Below are positions 21,800 to 32,670 of a stretch of DNA of 64,000 nucleotides, piece by piece; position 1 is the stretch's first letter, and each line of letters opens with the position of its first letter. The stretch is from Coleofasciculus chthonoplastes F2-STO-03. Lineage in GTDB: Bacteria > Cyanobacteriota > Cyanobacteriia > Cyanobacteriales > Coleofasciculaceae. The notes under the pieces were generated by a model. That model was not told the DNA's origin. It did no database searches and saw nothing but the letters and a program-made list of their open reading frames with translations. The translations under genes were made by a program, and so were the position numbers. Where the stretch lies: assembly GCA_040222015.1 (NCBI GenBank), contig JAVJWO010000047.1, positions 1 through 64,000 of the forward strand. Direction: 5' to 3'.

Positions 21800-24700
21800 A
21801 TGACTGCCGCCATTTCTATTGTCATCACTACATACAACCGAGAACATTACCTCGGTGCAGCCATTGACAGCATACTGGCACAAACTTGGGGAGATTTTGA
21901 GTTAATTGTGTGGGATGATGGGTCAACAGATGGGTCTGTGACTATTGCTCAAGACTATGCTAAACGCGATCCACGAGTCCGGGTCATTGCTGCTGAACAT
22001 CAAGGACGAGGTATTTCCCTCCAACGTGCGATCGCGAAAACCACAGGTTCCTATATCGGTTGGGTAGATAGCGATGATTGGTTAGCCCCCACTGCACTTG
22101 CAGAAACTGCCGCAATTCTGGATACTCAGCCAGATGTAGGGATGGTTTACACCGATTACTTAGATATTCATGAAAGCGGTAAAGTCATTGGTTACGGACA
22201 ACGCTGTAGTGTTCCCTATTCTAAACAACGACTGCTGATAAACTTTATGACGTTCCACTTCCGGTTAATTCGTCGTTCTGTTTTCGATAGAGTTGGGGGA
22301 ATTGATTTCCAAGCTGAATATGCAGAAGATTACGATCTATGTCTACGGTTGTCAGAAACGATAGAAATAGCCCATATTTCCAAACCTCTCTATTATTATC
22401 GCAGCAATCCTGAGAGTCTTTCCTATCAGAATCGAGTACAACAGATTTCCCATTGTCATGCAGCCATGAGACGGGCGCTGCAACGGCGGGGATTGAGCGA
22501 TCGCATAGAGGTAGCTTTACAAACAAAAGGGACAGGCGCAACAATGCAGGCACGGTTCGCATTGAAACGCAAAACGCCGCTTCTATCCTCAACCCTGAAA
22601 ATTGCTGGCTTATCTCTGGCAACTCTTTCAGGGGTGGCTATGATTGGGCAAAAAATAGTCCAAGCTCAATTGATTACACCCGCTAATGATGGCACGGGTA
22701 CAATTGTCACGCCCTCAGGCAACCAAATCAACATCACAGGCGGTTCTCAATCGGCAGATGGCACCAATCTATTCCATAGTTTTGAAGATTTTGGAGTTGA
22801 CAATAATCAGAGTGCTAACTTTATTTCTGAGCCAAGCATTAACAATATATTAGGGAAAATAATTGGAGGAGATCCCTCTATTATTAATGGGATTATTCAA
22901 GTGACGGGAGGCAACTCTAACTTATTTTTAATGAATCCGGCGGGAATAGTCTTCGGAGCAAATTCCCAACTTAACGTCCCGGCATCCTTTACCGCAACCA
23001 CGGCAACTAGCATTGGGTTTAATGGAGGGTGGCTGGAGGCATTTGCCAGTAATGACTATACCAACTTAGTGGGAAACCCCAATAGCTTTCGGTTTGAAAC
23101 CTTACAACCGGGAAGTATCATTAATATGGGAGACTTAGCTGTACCAGCCGCCTCGAATCTTTCCCTAATTGGGGGAACAGTTCTGAGTACGGGTACGCTG
23201 ATAACGCCAGAGGGAAATATCACTATAGCCTCAGTACCGGGAACCAGTCGATTACAAATTAATCAAGCTGGACAAATCCTGAGTTTACAAATTGAACCGC
23301 CGACAACTAACCAAGGTAATCCAACACCGATTACACCTCAGATGTTACCTCAACTCCTTACAGGTAATGGTGTAGATACTAATTCCGACGTGACAGTTAC
23401 TCCGGAAGGACAAGTTCAACTCACCAATTCAGGTACTGAAGTCCAAACTGGTGATGTCGCCGTTAATCAAATCAATGCTGGAACAGCTACCCTTTCAGCC
23501 CAGCAAAATCTGATTCTCATCGAGAGCCAACTTAGAACAAGTGAGGATATGAATCTCCTCGCTAACAACACAGTCTTTGTGCGTGATAGTATTGAGAATT
23601 CTTTTATTGCCCAAGCGGGTGGGAATCTTTATATTCGAGGAAATCTGGGCATTGATATCTTAGCGCTGAATCATCTTTACCAGACTCCATTTGTCAGTGG
23701 AGGAGATCTAACTTTAGTCAGCGATGGAATTATTTCTGGAGATGCTCACTTTGCTAGTGGTGGCAGTTTTTCAATTTTAAACCTGTTGGGTAATTCAGGG
23801 ATATTTTATAGTGAACAAGATCCGATTATTAGTGCGATTGGTGATGTTAATTTCGGTAATTATACAGGGGTTTCGCTGAAAATAGAAGCCACAGGTAGTA
23901 TTTCAGGAGGAAATATTACGATTACAGAAGCTGATGATATTCTCAGCGAGAGTGAAGATCCAGATAGTGAAATTTTGAGCAATCAACCTGCGCTGATTTT
24001 ACGAGCAGGTTTGGATACATTGGACAATCCTCCGAATGTTCCTGTAGATGCGGGAGAAACTTCTTTTGATTCATCAGGAGAACCCTCATCCCCTGGAAAT
24101 GTAACGGTTGGTGATATTGCAGTTGGTATATTTGATTTTGGTGAAGGAGTTGACCATTATGGTGGTCCAGTCATTATCGAAGCGAGTGGAAATATTACCA
24201 CAGGTGCGATTGATTCCTTTAATGATGGCTCTGGTGAGTTAGACGCGGGAAGTGTCACTTTAGAGGCTGGAGGAAATATCGAAACTGAAAATATTAATGC
24301 CTCTGGTTTTTTTAGTAATGGTGGTAACGTAGATTTGCGAGCTGATGGCACGATAAAAACAGGTACAATTAATTCCTCGACGGAGGGGTTTGATCCGGAA
24401 GGATTTGATCAGGTCGCAGGTTCTGTAATATTAGAGGCAGGAGAAAATATTGAGTTTACAACCATAGATACTTCTGCGATCGGTCAAATGATATCAAATG
24501 CAACAGCAGGAGATGTCAGCATTATCGCTAATGGAGTTGTGCAAGGAACGGGATTACTGGGTGCTACAAATACGACCATACTAACTCAGGCAAGTAGTGA
24601 ATTGGGTGGGACTACCCAAAATGGTTCGGTTGAAATCCAACATAATGGCGGATCAGAGAATGTACCCTTTGTTGTTAGCAGTTTAACGACTAATGGTTTA

Positions 24701-26533
24701 GCCGGAAGTATCGATACTGGCGATGATAATTCTTTGTCTTCAGGCTCATTTCCAGTTCTCCCGGAAGGCGGTGACGCAGATGATACTCCCAACGGTATTA
24801 CTATCACTTCTGTTAATAGTCCACCCGAACTAACGCTAAATCCAACGCTACCCGACACAGAAGAAAATCAGCCTATTACGTTTACCTTTGAAGATTTACA
24901 GGCGACTCTGGAGGATGCAGATGGTGATACAAGTTTGTCAATTGTTATTGATCAAATTAATGCCGGAACATTAACTAGAAATGGAGTTATTCTAGAAGCA
25001 GGCGACACAATTGAGGAAGGAGATACTCTGGTATACACCCCGCCAACAGATGAGACAGGGGACATTTCAGCCTTTACCATTATAGGGAGCGATCGCGTCT
25101 CCTTCTCTGAACCACAACAGGTTAGTATTAACGTTGATGAACCACCAACGCCGATACCACCAACGCCGATACCACCAACGACACCACCAACACCAATCGA
25201 AATTCCACTGACTGCCCTAATCCAAAATGAAGTTGAAGAAGAAATCGAATCCTTCCCAGTCGTCCAACCTATAGCATCCAATCGCTTAAGTACCCCAATC
25301 AAAAGCGAGACAGAAGCGCGTCAAATTCTCAGTGAAATTGAACAAGCCACTGGGGAAAAACCCGCACTCATTTATGTCAGCTTTGCGCCAACCGAAATCT
25401 CAAAAAACACAAACTATACCGGATTAGAAACGAATAATACCGAGGCGTTTGATAACTACTTCAATCGCTCCGAACCCCACGTTACAATTACCCCCCAAGA
25501 TAGTGATCAATTAGAACTACTTATCATCTCCGCCGAGGAACCCCCGATACGGCGACGCATAGGTGGAGTCACCCGTGGGCAAGTTTTAGAGGTGGCTCAA
25601 GAATTTCGCCGCAACGTGACTAGCGTCAGGATTCCCCGTGACTATCTCACCCCAGCCAAACAACTATATCAATGGCTAGTTGCTCCTGTAGAGGAATACT
25701 TAGAAGCTGGAGAAATTGATAACTTAGCCTTCGTTATGGATGAAGGTTTACGCTCTCTACCTGTCGCCGCCTTACACGATGGTAATGGCTTTATCATTGA
25801 ACGATACAGTGTGGGCTTAATGCCAACCCTATCCCTAACCGATACTCGTTATGTGGATATCCGCAATGTTGGTGTTCTCGCCATGGGTGCTGATACCTTC
25901 GAGGATCTGAATCCCTTACCTGCAGTACCCTTAGAATTATCCGCGATCGCAGGTCCTCTGTGGCAAGGGAAAACCTTTCTTAACCAAGACTTTACCTTAG
26001 AAAATCTCAAGCAAATCCGCTCATCTCAACCCTTTGGTATTATCCACTTAGCCACTCACGGCGAGTTTCAATCGGGTAAGGCGTCTAACTCCTATATCCA
26101 GTTATGGAACCAAAAGCTCAGACTGGATCAATTGCGGCAACTCGGATTAAACAATCCTCCCACAGAACTGTTAGTCCTCAGTGCTTGTCGCACCGCCTTG
26201 GGAGACAGAGAAGCCGAATTAGGATTTGCCGGATTAGCCATACAAGCCGGAGTAAAGTCCGCCCTAGGCAGTCTCTGGTACATTAGCGATGCTGGAACTC
26301 TGGGATTCATGACTAGCTTTTATGAGCATTTGCACCAAGCCCCCATCAAAGCCGAAGCCCTACGGCAAACTCAACTGGCTATGCTTAAAGGTGAAATCCG
26401 GTTAGAAGACAAACAGCTACTCGTTGGAGATTTACGTATTCCCTTAAACCCCGAACTCGCCAAATTGCCAGATCAAGACTTTACCCATCCTTACTACTGG
26501 AGTGCTTTAACCCTGGTGGGTAGTCCTTGGTAG
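21800..26533 (+). CDS. GT2 glycosyltransferase - filamentous haemagglutinin (TPS) N-terminal - cadherin-like - CHAT protease fusion
   Basis: GT2 motifs ITTYNRE, DDGSTD, VDSDD, EDYDL; hydrophobic segment then AQ...NLFHSF...NLFLMNPAGIVFG; Pro linker; CHAT IHLATHG and VLSACRT. Confidence 0.88.
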   Translation: MTAAISIVITTYNREHYLGAAIDSILAQTWGDFELIVWDDGSTDGSVTIAQDYAKRDPRVRVIAAEHQGRGISLQRAIAKTTGSYIGWVDSDDWLAPTALAETAAILDTQPDVGMVYTDYLDIHESGKVIGYGQRCSVPYSKQRLLINFMTFHFRLIRRSVFDRVGGIDFQAEYAEDYDLCLRLSETIEIAHISKPLYYYRSNPESLSYQNRVQQISHCHAAMRRALQRRGLSDRIEVALQTKGTGATMQARFALKRKTPLLSSTLKIAGLSLATLSGVAMIGQKIVQAQLITPANDGTGTIVTPSGNQINITGGSQSADGTNLFHSFEDFGVDNNQSANFISEPSINNILGKIIGGDPSIINGIIQVTGGNSNLFLMNPAGIVFGANSQLNVPASFTATTATSIGFNGGWLEAFASNDYTNLVGNPNSFRFETLQPGSIINMGDLAVPAASNLSLIGGTVLSTGTLITPEGNITIASVPGTSRLQINQAGQILSLQIEPPTTNQGNPTPITPQMLPQLLTGNGVDTNSDVTVTPEGQVQLTNSGTEVQTGDVAVNQINAGTATLSAQQNLILIESQLRTSEDMNLLANNTVFVRDSIENSFIAQAGGNLYIRGNLGIDILALNHLYQTPFVSGGDLTLVSDGIISGDAHFASGGSFSILNLLGNSGIFYSEQDPIISAIGDVNFGNYTGVSLKIEATGSISGGNITITEADDILSESEDPDSEILSNQPALILRAGLDTLDNPPNVPVDAGETSFDSSGEPSSPGNVTVGDIAVGIFDFGEGVDHYGGPVIIEASGNITTGAIDSFNDGSGELDAGSVTLEAGGNIETENINASGFFSNGGNVDLRADGTIKTGTINSSTEGFDPEGFDQVAGSVILEAGENIEFTTIDTSAIGQMISNATAGDVSIIANGVVQGTGLLGATNTTILTQASSELGGTTQNGSVEIQHNGGSENVPFVVSSLTTNGLAGSIDTGDDNSLSSGSFPVLPEGGDADDTPNGITITSVNSPPELTLNPTLPDTEENQPITFTFEDLQATLEDADGDTSLSIVIDQINAGTLTRNGVILEAGDTIEEGDTLVYTPPTDETGDISAFTIIGSDRVSFSEPQQVSINVDEPPTPIPPTPIPPTTPPTPIEIPLTALIQNEVEEEIESFPVVQPIASNRLSTPIKSETEARQILSEIEQATGEKPALIYVSFAPTEISKNTNYTGLETNNTEAFDNYFNRSEPHVTITPQDSDQLELLIISAEEPPIRRRIGGVTRGQVLEVAQEFRRNVTSVRIPRDYLTPAKQLYQWLVAPVEEYLEAGEIDNLAFVMDEGLRSLPVAALHDGNGFIIERYSVGLMPTLSLTDTRYVDIRNVGVLAMGADTFEDLNPLPAVPLELSAIAGPLWQGKTFLNQDFTLENLKQIRSSQPFGIIHLATHGEFQSGKASNSYIQLWNQKLRLDQLRQLGLNNPPTELLVLSACRTALGDREAELGFAGLAIQAGVKSALGSLWYISDAGTLGFMTSFYEHLHQAPIKAEALRQTQLAMLKGEIRLEDKQLLVGDLRIPLNPELAKLPDQDFTHPYYWSALTLVGSPW

Positions 26534-26698
26534 TAGTAGTGTGGCACACCTAAGCAAGATGAATTAACCATTAGCCCGGAAACCTAGGGGCGCACAGACG
26601 TGCGCCCGATTTAACCATAAAATCTATTCCCCAATTTTTACAATTGGCTGACTCACAGAATAAATGCTAAGACTAATACGGTAGACTGACAAAAAAAC

Positions 26699-27652
26699 AT
26701 GGGCAGAAAAATTGTCGGAATGATAAGTAGTTATCGTGGGCTTAATCAAGCGGACTGGCTATGGCAACAAACGCCAAACCCTTGTGGAATCTGGGATAAC
26801 ATTCAAATGCTCTCCCAAGCCTCTGAGCCTGATTTTCTGCTCATGTACCAGTATTCCTTTCCCAAACCTAGTCCCCAACTTCCCTGGTGGCAACGTTTAC
26901 GCCAAAAAAAGACATCAAAACCCGATGTAGCCTCCCAGTTACGCGGCGTTCCCAAAGAGCGAATCATCTACTTATTACGAGAACCCCCACTGGAAAAAGT
27001 GGTGAAAACCAATCGGGCAAATTACGAAGCCGCGAAAAATTATTGTGGTTACATTTCCGGACCCGATGATTTTGCCCCAACCCCTGATTATATGCCCGCG
27101 ATTTGGTATCACGCTAATTCCTTCCGAGAATTAAATGAAATGATACCACCAGAAAAAATACACGCTTGTAGTTGGATCACCTCTGGAATTGATCGTACTC
27201 CTGAACATCGTCAACGTTTAGCCTTCTTGAAGTCACTACAAGATAGTGGATTTGAGTTTGACCTCTACGGGCGCGGATTACCCGACTGGGCACAGGCAAA
27301 GGGTAGCCTGAAAAACAAATGGCATGGCATGGCACCGTACTACTATAATCTCGCGATCGAAAACTATGCCGGGAATGATTGGTATGTCAGCGAAAAACTC
27401 TGGGATGCTTTACTCGCCTGGTGTTTACCCATTTACTACGGAGGTTCAGCAGCGGATAAATTACTGCCACCGGGAAGCTTTTTGCGACTCCCTAGCTTAG
27501 ATGAGCAGGGCATCGCTTATATTAAAGAAGTAACCTCAACCCCCGATGCTTGGTATGAAGCCAAGGACGCGATCGCACAAGCCAGACAAATCATCCTACA
27601 CAAACTCAATCTCCTGAACTGGTTATCTGATTTTGTCGCTAAATTCGATTAA
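26699..27652 (+). CDS. GT10-like (fucosyltransferase-type) glycosyltransferase
   Basis: LAIENY...YVSEKLWDALLAWCLPIYYG motif. Confidence 0.8.
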   Translation: MGRKIVGMISSYRGLNQADWLWQQTPNPCGIWDNIQMLSQASEPDFLLMYQYSFPKPSPQLPWWQRLRQKKTSKPDVASQLRGVPKERIIYLLREPPLEKVVKTNRANYEAAKNYCGYISGPDDFAPTPDYMPAIWYHANSFRELNEMIPPEKIHACSWITSGIDRTPEHRQRLAFLKSLQDSGFEFDLYGRGLPDWAQAKGSLKNKWHGMAPYYYNLAIENYAGNDWYVSEKLWDALLAWCLPIYYGGSAADKLLPPGSFLRLPSLDEQGIAYIKEVTSTPDAWYEAKDAIAQARQIILHKLNLLNWLSDFVAKFD

Positions 27653-27657
27653 ACATC

Positions 27658-28650
27658 ATGGACGGAATTTGTACCCTAGCTAGTGACCCAGTTTACGACC
27701 AACTGGTTGCCTTACTCAACAGTATTGAGGCAATTGTTGGGTCACAAATGCCTGTCTGTGTCTATCCCTACAACGACAACACGACAAAAATTGCGGCGGA
27801 AATTGCCCGTCGTCCCAACGTTCAACTCTATGATAATCTTGAGTCCATCCAGGGCTGGGATCAGTTTGCTCAATCTGCCTGGGATAGTCATCCCACAGCC
27901 CACCAACGTTGGCGTCAACTTGGCAGTAGCGGTTATCATCGATTTGGCACTCATCGGCGTTACTGTGCCTTTGATGCACCCTTTGATCGCTTCCTGTATA
28001 TGGATGCAGATACATTGCTGATGTCACCTGTCGAGTTTATCTTGGCTAAACTTCAGGACAATGACTGTGTGGTTTATGACTTTCAGCACAAAGACTTAAC
28101 TCATGTCTATAATATTGATTCGCCCCAGCTAACGGAACTCTTCCCTCCCAAAAGACTGAAAACAGAAATCTTTTGTTCGGGTTTTTATGCGTCGAAACAA
28201 GGTTTATTTGATCAAGAACGGCGCAACTGGCTCATTGATAAACTCGAAGCAGGAGAGGCTGAAGTTCTTTATCCCATGGCACCGGATCAAACTCTCCTCA
28301 ACTACATGATGATGCGACCGAATTTATCGATCTATAATTTCGCGTTAGAGTTATCCCAAGCCCAAAGAACAGGATGTTGTGTAACTTCAGCACATTTTCA
28401 GGAAAAAGACCATATTCTGTATGATAAAGGCAATCGACTTACTTATATGCACTACATTGGCGTATCTTCCCAATTAATTGCTAAAGTCTGTGCTGGCGAA
28501 AATATTGATTTTCCGTATCGAGATTTGTTTTTACATTATCGCTATCTTCACGAACCACAGAAAAAGCCACAATTTACCACTAAACCCAAACCTTACAATC
28601 AACCTCCCAGTTTACCTCAGCGACTCTTGAAAAAATTGAAATTATCTTAA
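27658..28650 (+). CDS. Putative GT-A fold sugar transferase (Npun_R2821/R2822-like)
   Basis: GICTLA..., YMDAD DxD motif, DQTLLNY, YMHYIG; paralogous to the next gene. Confidence 0.7.
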   Translation: MDGICTLASDPVYDQLVALLNSIEAIVGSQMPVCVYPYNDNTTKIAAEIARRPNVQLYDNLESIQGWDQFAQSAWDSHPTAHQRWRQLGSSGYHRFGTHRRYCAFDAPFDRFLYMDADTLLMSPVEFILAKLQDNDCVVYDFQHKDLTHVYNIDSPQLTELFPPKRLKTEIFCSGFYASKQGLFDQERRNWLIDKLEAGEAEVLYPMAPDQTLLNYMMMRPNLSIYNFALELSQAQRTGCCVTSAHFQEKDHILYDKGNRLTYMHYIGVSSQLIAKVCAGENIDFPYRDLFLHYRYLHEPQKKPQFTTKPKPYNQPPSLPQRLLKKLKLS

Positions 28651-28684
28651 TCAAACTCCAAAATTATTAATATAACTCAAGCAA

Positions 28685-29605
28685 ATGACCAAAAAACGCG
28701 GCATTTATATTACAGCAAATGACAAAGTAATCGAACAGGCGATCGCGCTGATCAAAAGTATTCGCTTGCATGATCCTGATACACCAATTTGCTTAATTCC
28801 TTATGATGATAACTATCAAACCATTGCTAAAATCTTGAAAGACTCCTATCAGGTAGAACTCTATCAAGACTTAGACTTTATCGAACGTCTCTCCAATCAG
28901 TTATACGAAATATTTGGTAAAGGATTTTTTGCTCGCCCCAATCAATTCCGTAAACAAGCTTGTTGGTTTGGCGAATTTGATAAATTTATTTATATCGACA
29001 CGGATATTGTTGTCTTTGACAAAATCATAGAAACAACCGACTACTTAGACAAGTATGATTTTATTTGCTATGACTATCAACATAGCGGTGGAATCAAAAA
29101 TGTATTTACGCCAAAAGTCTTAGAAGACGGTGTATTTAGCGAAAATGATATTCAAGATATGTTTAATGGCGGATTTTGGGGAGCCAAGAGAAATACGATA
29201 TCAGAGGAAACACTATATCAAACATTCACCGAATGTGCATCACATCCGGAATACTTTGACTTTTCCCAAAAAACATCAGATCAACCCATCATTAACTATA
29301 TGATCTTGAAGCAGGTTCCCCAGCGATTTAATATCGTGCGCCGCCCCGGTGGTGCCCCAGGAAGTTGGGCGGGTAGCAAACATTTTCAGGTTCAAGATCA
29401 TCACCTCATTGATCCGAATGTCAATCAACCGCTAGACTATTTACACTGGGCAGGGATTCGCATCCAGCCAGGTTGCCCCTATTGGGATATCTGGAAATAT
29501 TATCGCTATCTTGGTGAACATATTCCTGATGATGAATCGTTGCAAACTCCAACGCAAAAAAATCTATGGCAAAAACTAAAAGGAACTATAAAACGAAATG
29601 TTTAA
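28685..29605 (+). CDS. Putative GT-A fold sugar transferase (Npun_R2821/R2822-like)
   Basis: GIYITAND, YIDTD, FNGGF, DQPIINY, YLHWAG. Confidence 0.7.
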   Translation: MTKKRGIYITANDKVIEQAIALIKSIRLHDPDTPICLIPYDDNYQTIAKILKDSYQVELYQDLDFIERLSNQLYEIFGKGFFARPNQFRKQACWFGEFDKFIYIDTDIVVFDKIIETTDYLDKYDFICYDYQHSGGIKNVFTPKVLEDGVFSENDIQDMFNGGFWGAKRNTISEETLYQTFTECASHPEYFDFSQKTSDQPIINYMILKQVPQRFNIVRRPGGAPGSWAGSKHFQVQDHHLIDPNVNQPLDYLHWAGIRIQPGCPYWDIWKYYRYLGEHIPDDESLQTPTQKNLWQKLKGTIKRNV

Positions 29606-29697
29606 TACTATGATTTTCCACAAAGGACTTGAGTTCATTTGTTATCGCATTTCTAGCCGTAAATTATAGTCAATTAATAATTACCAATTTACACTCT

Positions 29698-30468
29698 ATG
29701 GATACAACCAACAACAACTTTTGTTTTTGCACATTAGCCTTGGGAAAAAAATATCGTTTATTGGCGAAACAGCTATCCCAAGACTTAGAAAAGCATTCCC
29801 CTGGAACTTTTTTGGTTGTGGGAACCGAAAAACCTAATTTTTTTCAAAGCAGTGCTAATGTGTATGCTTTCCCATTCAAGCAAAAAGGAATACTCCACTG
29901 TTATCATGACAAACGATTTGTCCTTGAAAAAGCCTTATCCCAGTATCCTACAGCAATTGCAATTGATGCTGATACAAGAATTATTGATAAAGTGCCAACT
30001 CATATAGAATGGATGCCAGGATTCACAGGATGTAGTAGAAATATTCTAGAGCATGTAAAACGACGTAATTCTGATCGATTACCCACCCTTGAAGTCCTAG
30101 CCAATAAGTTAAATCTTTCCTTAGACAATGTTTCCTGGGTGGGAGAATCTTTAATGATTGTATCCAAAGATAACGGTAAAGAAACTGAGTTTTTTCAACA
30201 GTGGGGAAAAATTGGAGATTATTTAGAGTTACAAGGAATTCATGCAGGTTCTGGAAATGCTATTGGTTTAGCGGCTGCTAAAATAGGATGGACAGTTCAT
30301 GCACAAGGGTGGGATGAACTCCGCAATGTTACCAAGCATTTGGATGCTGCCTATCAAAAGAAATCTGTATCATTATGGGATAATCTTGAACGCCGCTTGG
30401 GGTATCATTATCGTTTGAATATAAGTCGAGTCAAAGCTTTAAAAGATTTTGATTTTTACTATAAATAA
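29698..30468 (+). CDS. Hypothetical, possible GT-A fold transferase
   Basis: FCFCTLALG...DKRFV...IDAD DxD; likely start ATG 29698. Confidence 0.6.
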   Translation: MDTTNNNFCFCTLALGKKYRLLAKQLSQDLEKHSPGTFLVVGTEKPNFFQSSANVYAFPFKQKGILHCYHDKRFVLEKALSQYPTAIAIDADTRIIDKVPTHIEWMPGFTGCSRNILEHVKRRNSDRLPTLEVLANKLNLSLDNVSWVGESLMIVSKDNGKETEFFQQWGKIGDYLELQGIHAGSGNAIGLAAAKIGWTVHAQGWDELRNVTKHLDAAYQKKSVSLWDNLERRLGYHYRLNISRVKALKDFDFYYK

Positions 30469-30664
30469 ACTACGAAGCTGTATAACTGCTGGCAAGCAAG
30501 TGTTCCAGCAATACTAGGTTGTGAACCTGCATTCCGAGACGAATTTCGCAAATTTAGCTATAGATAAAGTGTAAGTATCCAAGTTTCAGTTCAATCATGT
30601 CTACATTAAATCAGAAAATATTGTTAAGTTTTATTGCAAAAACACAACTAGACAATACGAAGAA

Positions 30665-31588
30665 ATGTACAAAATGTACAATGTAGAGAAAAATAGAGAT
30701 GGACAATTAGAGTTTTTAATGAAACAACCAACTTTCATAGTAATTGGGGCACATAAAGCGGCAACTACTTCTATACATAATTATCTGAAACAGCATCCTG
30801 AAGTGTATCTGATTCCCAACAAAGGTAAAGATCGATTAAGTAGTAAGCCTTATATCAGCTCTCTAGAAGAGGCGGAAGACTATCTTAACCAATTTGAAGG
30901 GGCTACTACTGAAAAAGCATTGGGCGAAGTTTCCAGTGTATATCTCCATGGTGACGGAGTTGCTGCCAGAATTCAACCTTTATTTCCTGATATAAAGATT
31001 ATTGCTGTTTTACGAAATCCTGCTGAGAGAGCTTACTCTCATATTTTATCCGCTAGGGGAGAGTATTTCACGCCCCAAGAAATCAATAATTTTGATTCCG
31101 TCGTTTTATCAAGATTTTTTGAAAAAGAAAAATTCCAGAAACCGGGATTATACTATAGCAACTTAAAAAAATATTTTGACTTGTTTAATAGAGAACAAAT
31201 AAAAAATTTTCTCTATGACGATATAGTTCATCGAAAAGCAGAGTTTTTCCGAGAGCTTTTAAACTTTATTGGTGTGGATTCAAGTTTTGAGTTTGATTTT
31301 CAACAACGTTACCATAAAGGTAAACTGCGAGTTGATAATACTTCTAGAAAAACTTTAACAACCATTGTTGATTCTCAAAATAATCTAAAAAATATTTTTA
31401 AAATGATTTTGAAGCCTATTGTACCCCAAATAAAAAGCTTTTTAGAGAAAAAACAAGAACAACCTTTGCCACCTTTATCAGATCATGTCAGGACAGAAAT
31501 TATTAATTTCTACCGTGATGACATTATTCAATTACAGGAACTTACTGGGTTAAATTGTTCTCATTGGTTAGAAGGTAAGCCAACTTGA
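30665..31588 (+). CDS. Sulfotransferase
   Basis: 5'-PSB loop IGAHKAATTS and 3'-PB motif LRNPAERAYS. Confidence 0.9.
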   Translation: MYKMYNVEKNRDGQLEFLMKQPTFIVIGAHKAATTSIHNYLKQHPEVYLIPNKGKDRLSSKPYISSLEEAEDYLNQFEGATTEKALGEVSSVYLHGDGVAARIQPLFPDIKIIAVLRNPAERAYSHILSARGEYFTPQEINNFDSVVLSRFFEKEKFQKPGLYYSNLKKYFDLFNREQIKNFLYDDIVHRKAEFFRELLNFIGVDSSFEFDFQQRYHKGKLRVDNTSRKTLTTIVDSQNNLKNIFKMILKPIVPQIKSFLEKKQEQPLPPLSDHVRTEIINFYRDDIIQLQELTGLNCSHWLEGKPT

Positions 31589-31631
31589 AGCAGTTTGTAT
31601 TGATTTTAGACCAAAACCTGAATCAGACTAT

Positions 31632-31728
31632 AGCAATCCTATTTAGGTTGTGGCAATTTTACAAACTAAAATCATTGCTATATCTGGGTTTCAAGCTTTT
31701 CGCTTGTTACATCCTATTTAGGATTGCT
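31632..31728. mobile_element. About 97 bp inverted-repeat element (MITE-like)
   Basis: AGCAATCCTAtttAGGTTGTGGCAA ... TTGTTACATCCTAtttAGGATTGCT imperfect terminal inverted repeats. Confidence 0.6.
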
Positions 31729-31854
31729 CTACTGTTTTTCCTTTATTTTCCTTGAAAAAGGATCAGTAACCTTCGCCAATATGCACTACTTACTTAACTA
31801 TAAGCGGTAGTCTATTGATAACTATCCAAAGATTTTAAAGATTCAAAATTGTTT

Positions 31855-32670
31855 ATGCGACCTAAAGAACAGATTAAAAAAATAGCTAGTTACTTGCGTT
31901 TTGATAAGATAATTAACCACTGGAGGAATGATATAAAAGTTTACATTATTTCCTATCCCAAGAGTGGTAGGACATGGCTAAGAATACTTTTTGGAAAAGC
32001 TATATGTGAACATTTTCATCTCGATGAAACATTATTATTAGAAACTCATCTATTAACTCGTTCCGCTAAAATAAATCCTACGCTCTTTACTCATGATGGC
32101 GCTGGATTTGGCGATAAAAATAGCTGGAATGAGTTAGCTACAGATAAATCTTTTTACCGTAACAAAAAGGTTGTCTTTTTAGTCCGTGACCCCAAAGATG
32201 TAATTGTGTCAAGTTATTTTCATGTTACGAAACGACAACGCCGATTTGACGGTTCAATTTCTGAATTTATCCGAAGTGATATATATGGGATAAAAAAGAT
32301 CGTCACCTTTTATAAGATATGGCTTGATAATCAGACAGTGCCAAAAGATTTTCTATTGCTTAAATATGAAAACATTCATCAAGATACGTCAAAAGTTTTG
32401 CTTTCTTTACTGAGTTTTACTGGAGTTAAAAATGTTCCAGAAAATACAATAGAAACAGCCCTTAAATTTTCGGATTTTGAGAATATGCGGAAATTGGAAA
32501 GTTCACAAAAGTTTTCCAAAACAAGTATGCAACCCGGAGATACTAACGATGAAGAATCTTACAAAGTGCGGAAAGGAAAAGTAGGTAGTTATTTAGAGTA
32601 TCTTTCGCAAGACGATATGAATTTTATTAACCAAGTGATTGAGGAAGCAGGACATCCTTTGGGTTATTAG
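31855..32670 (+). CDS. Sulfotransferase domain protein
   Basis: SYPKSGRTWL, VRDPKDVIVS, LKYE, VRKGKVG. Confidence 0.92.
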   Translation: MRPKEQIKKIASYLRFDKIINHWRNDIKVYIISYPKSGRTWLRILFGKAICEHFHLDETLLLETHLLTRSAKINPTLFTHDGAGFGDKNSWNELATDKSFYRNKKVVFLVRDPKDVIVSSYFHVTKRQRRFDGSISEFIRSDIYGIKKIVTFYKIWLDNQTVPKDFLLLKYENIHQDTSKVLLSLLSFTGVKNVPENTIETALKFSDFENMRKLESSQKFSKTSMQPGDTNDEESYKVRKGKVGSYLEYLSQDDMNFINQVIEEAGHPLGY

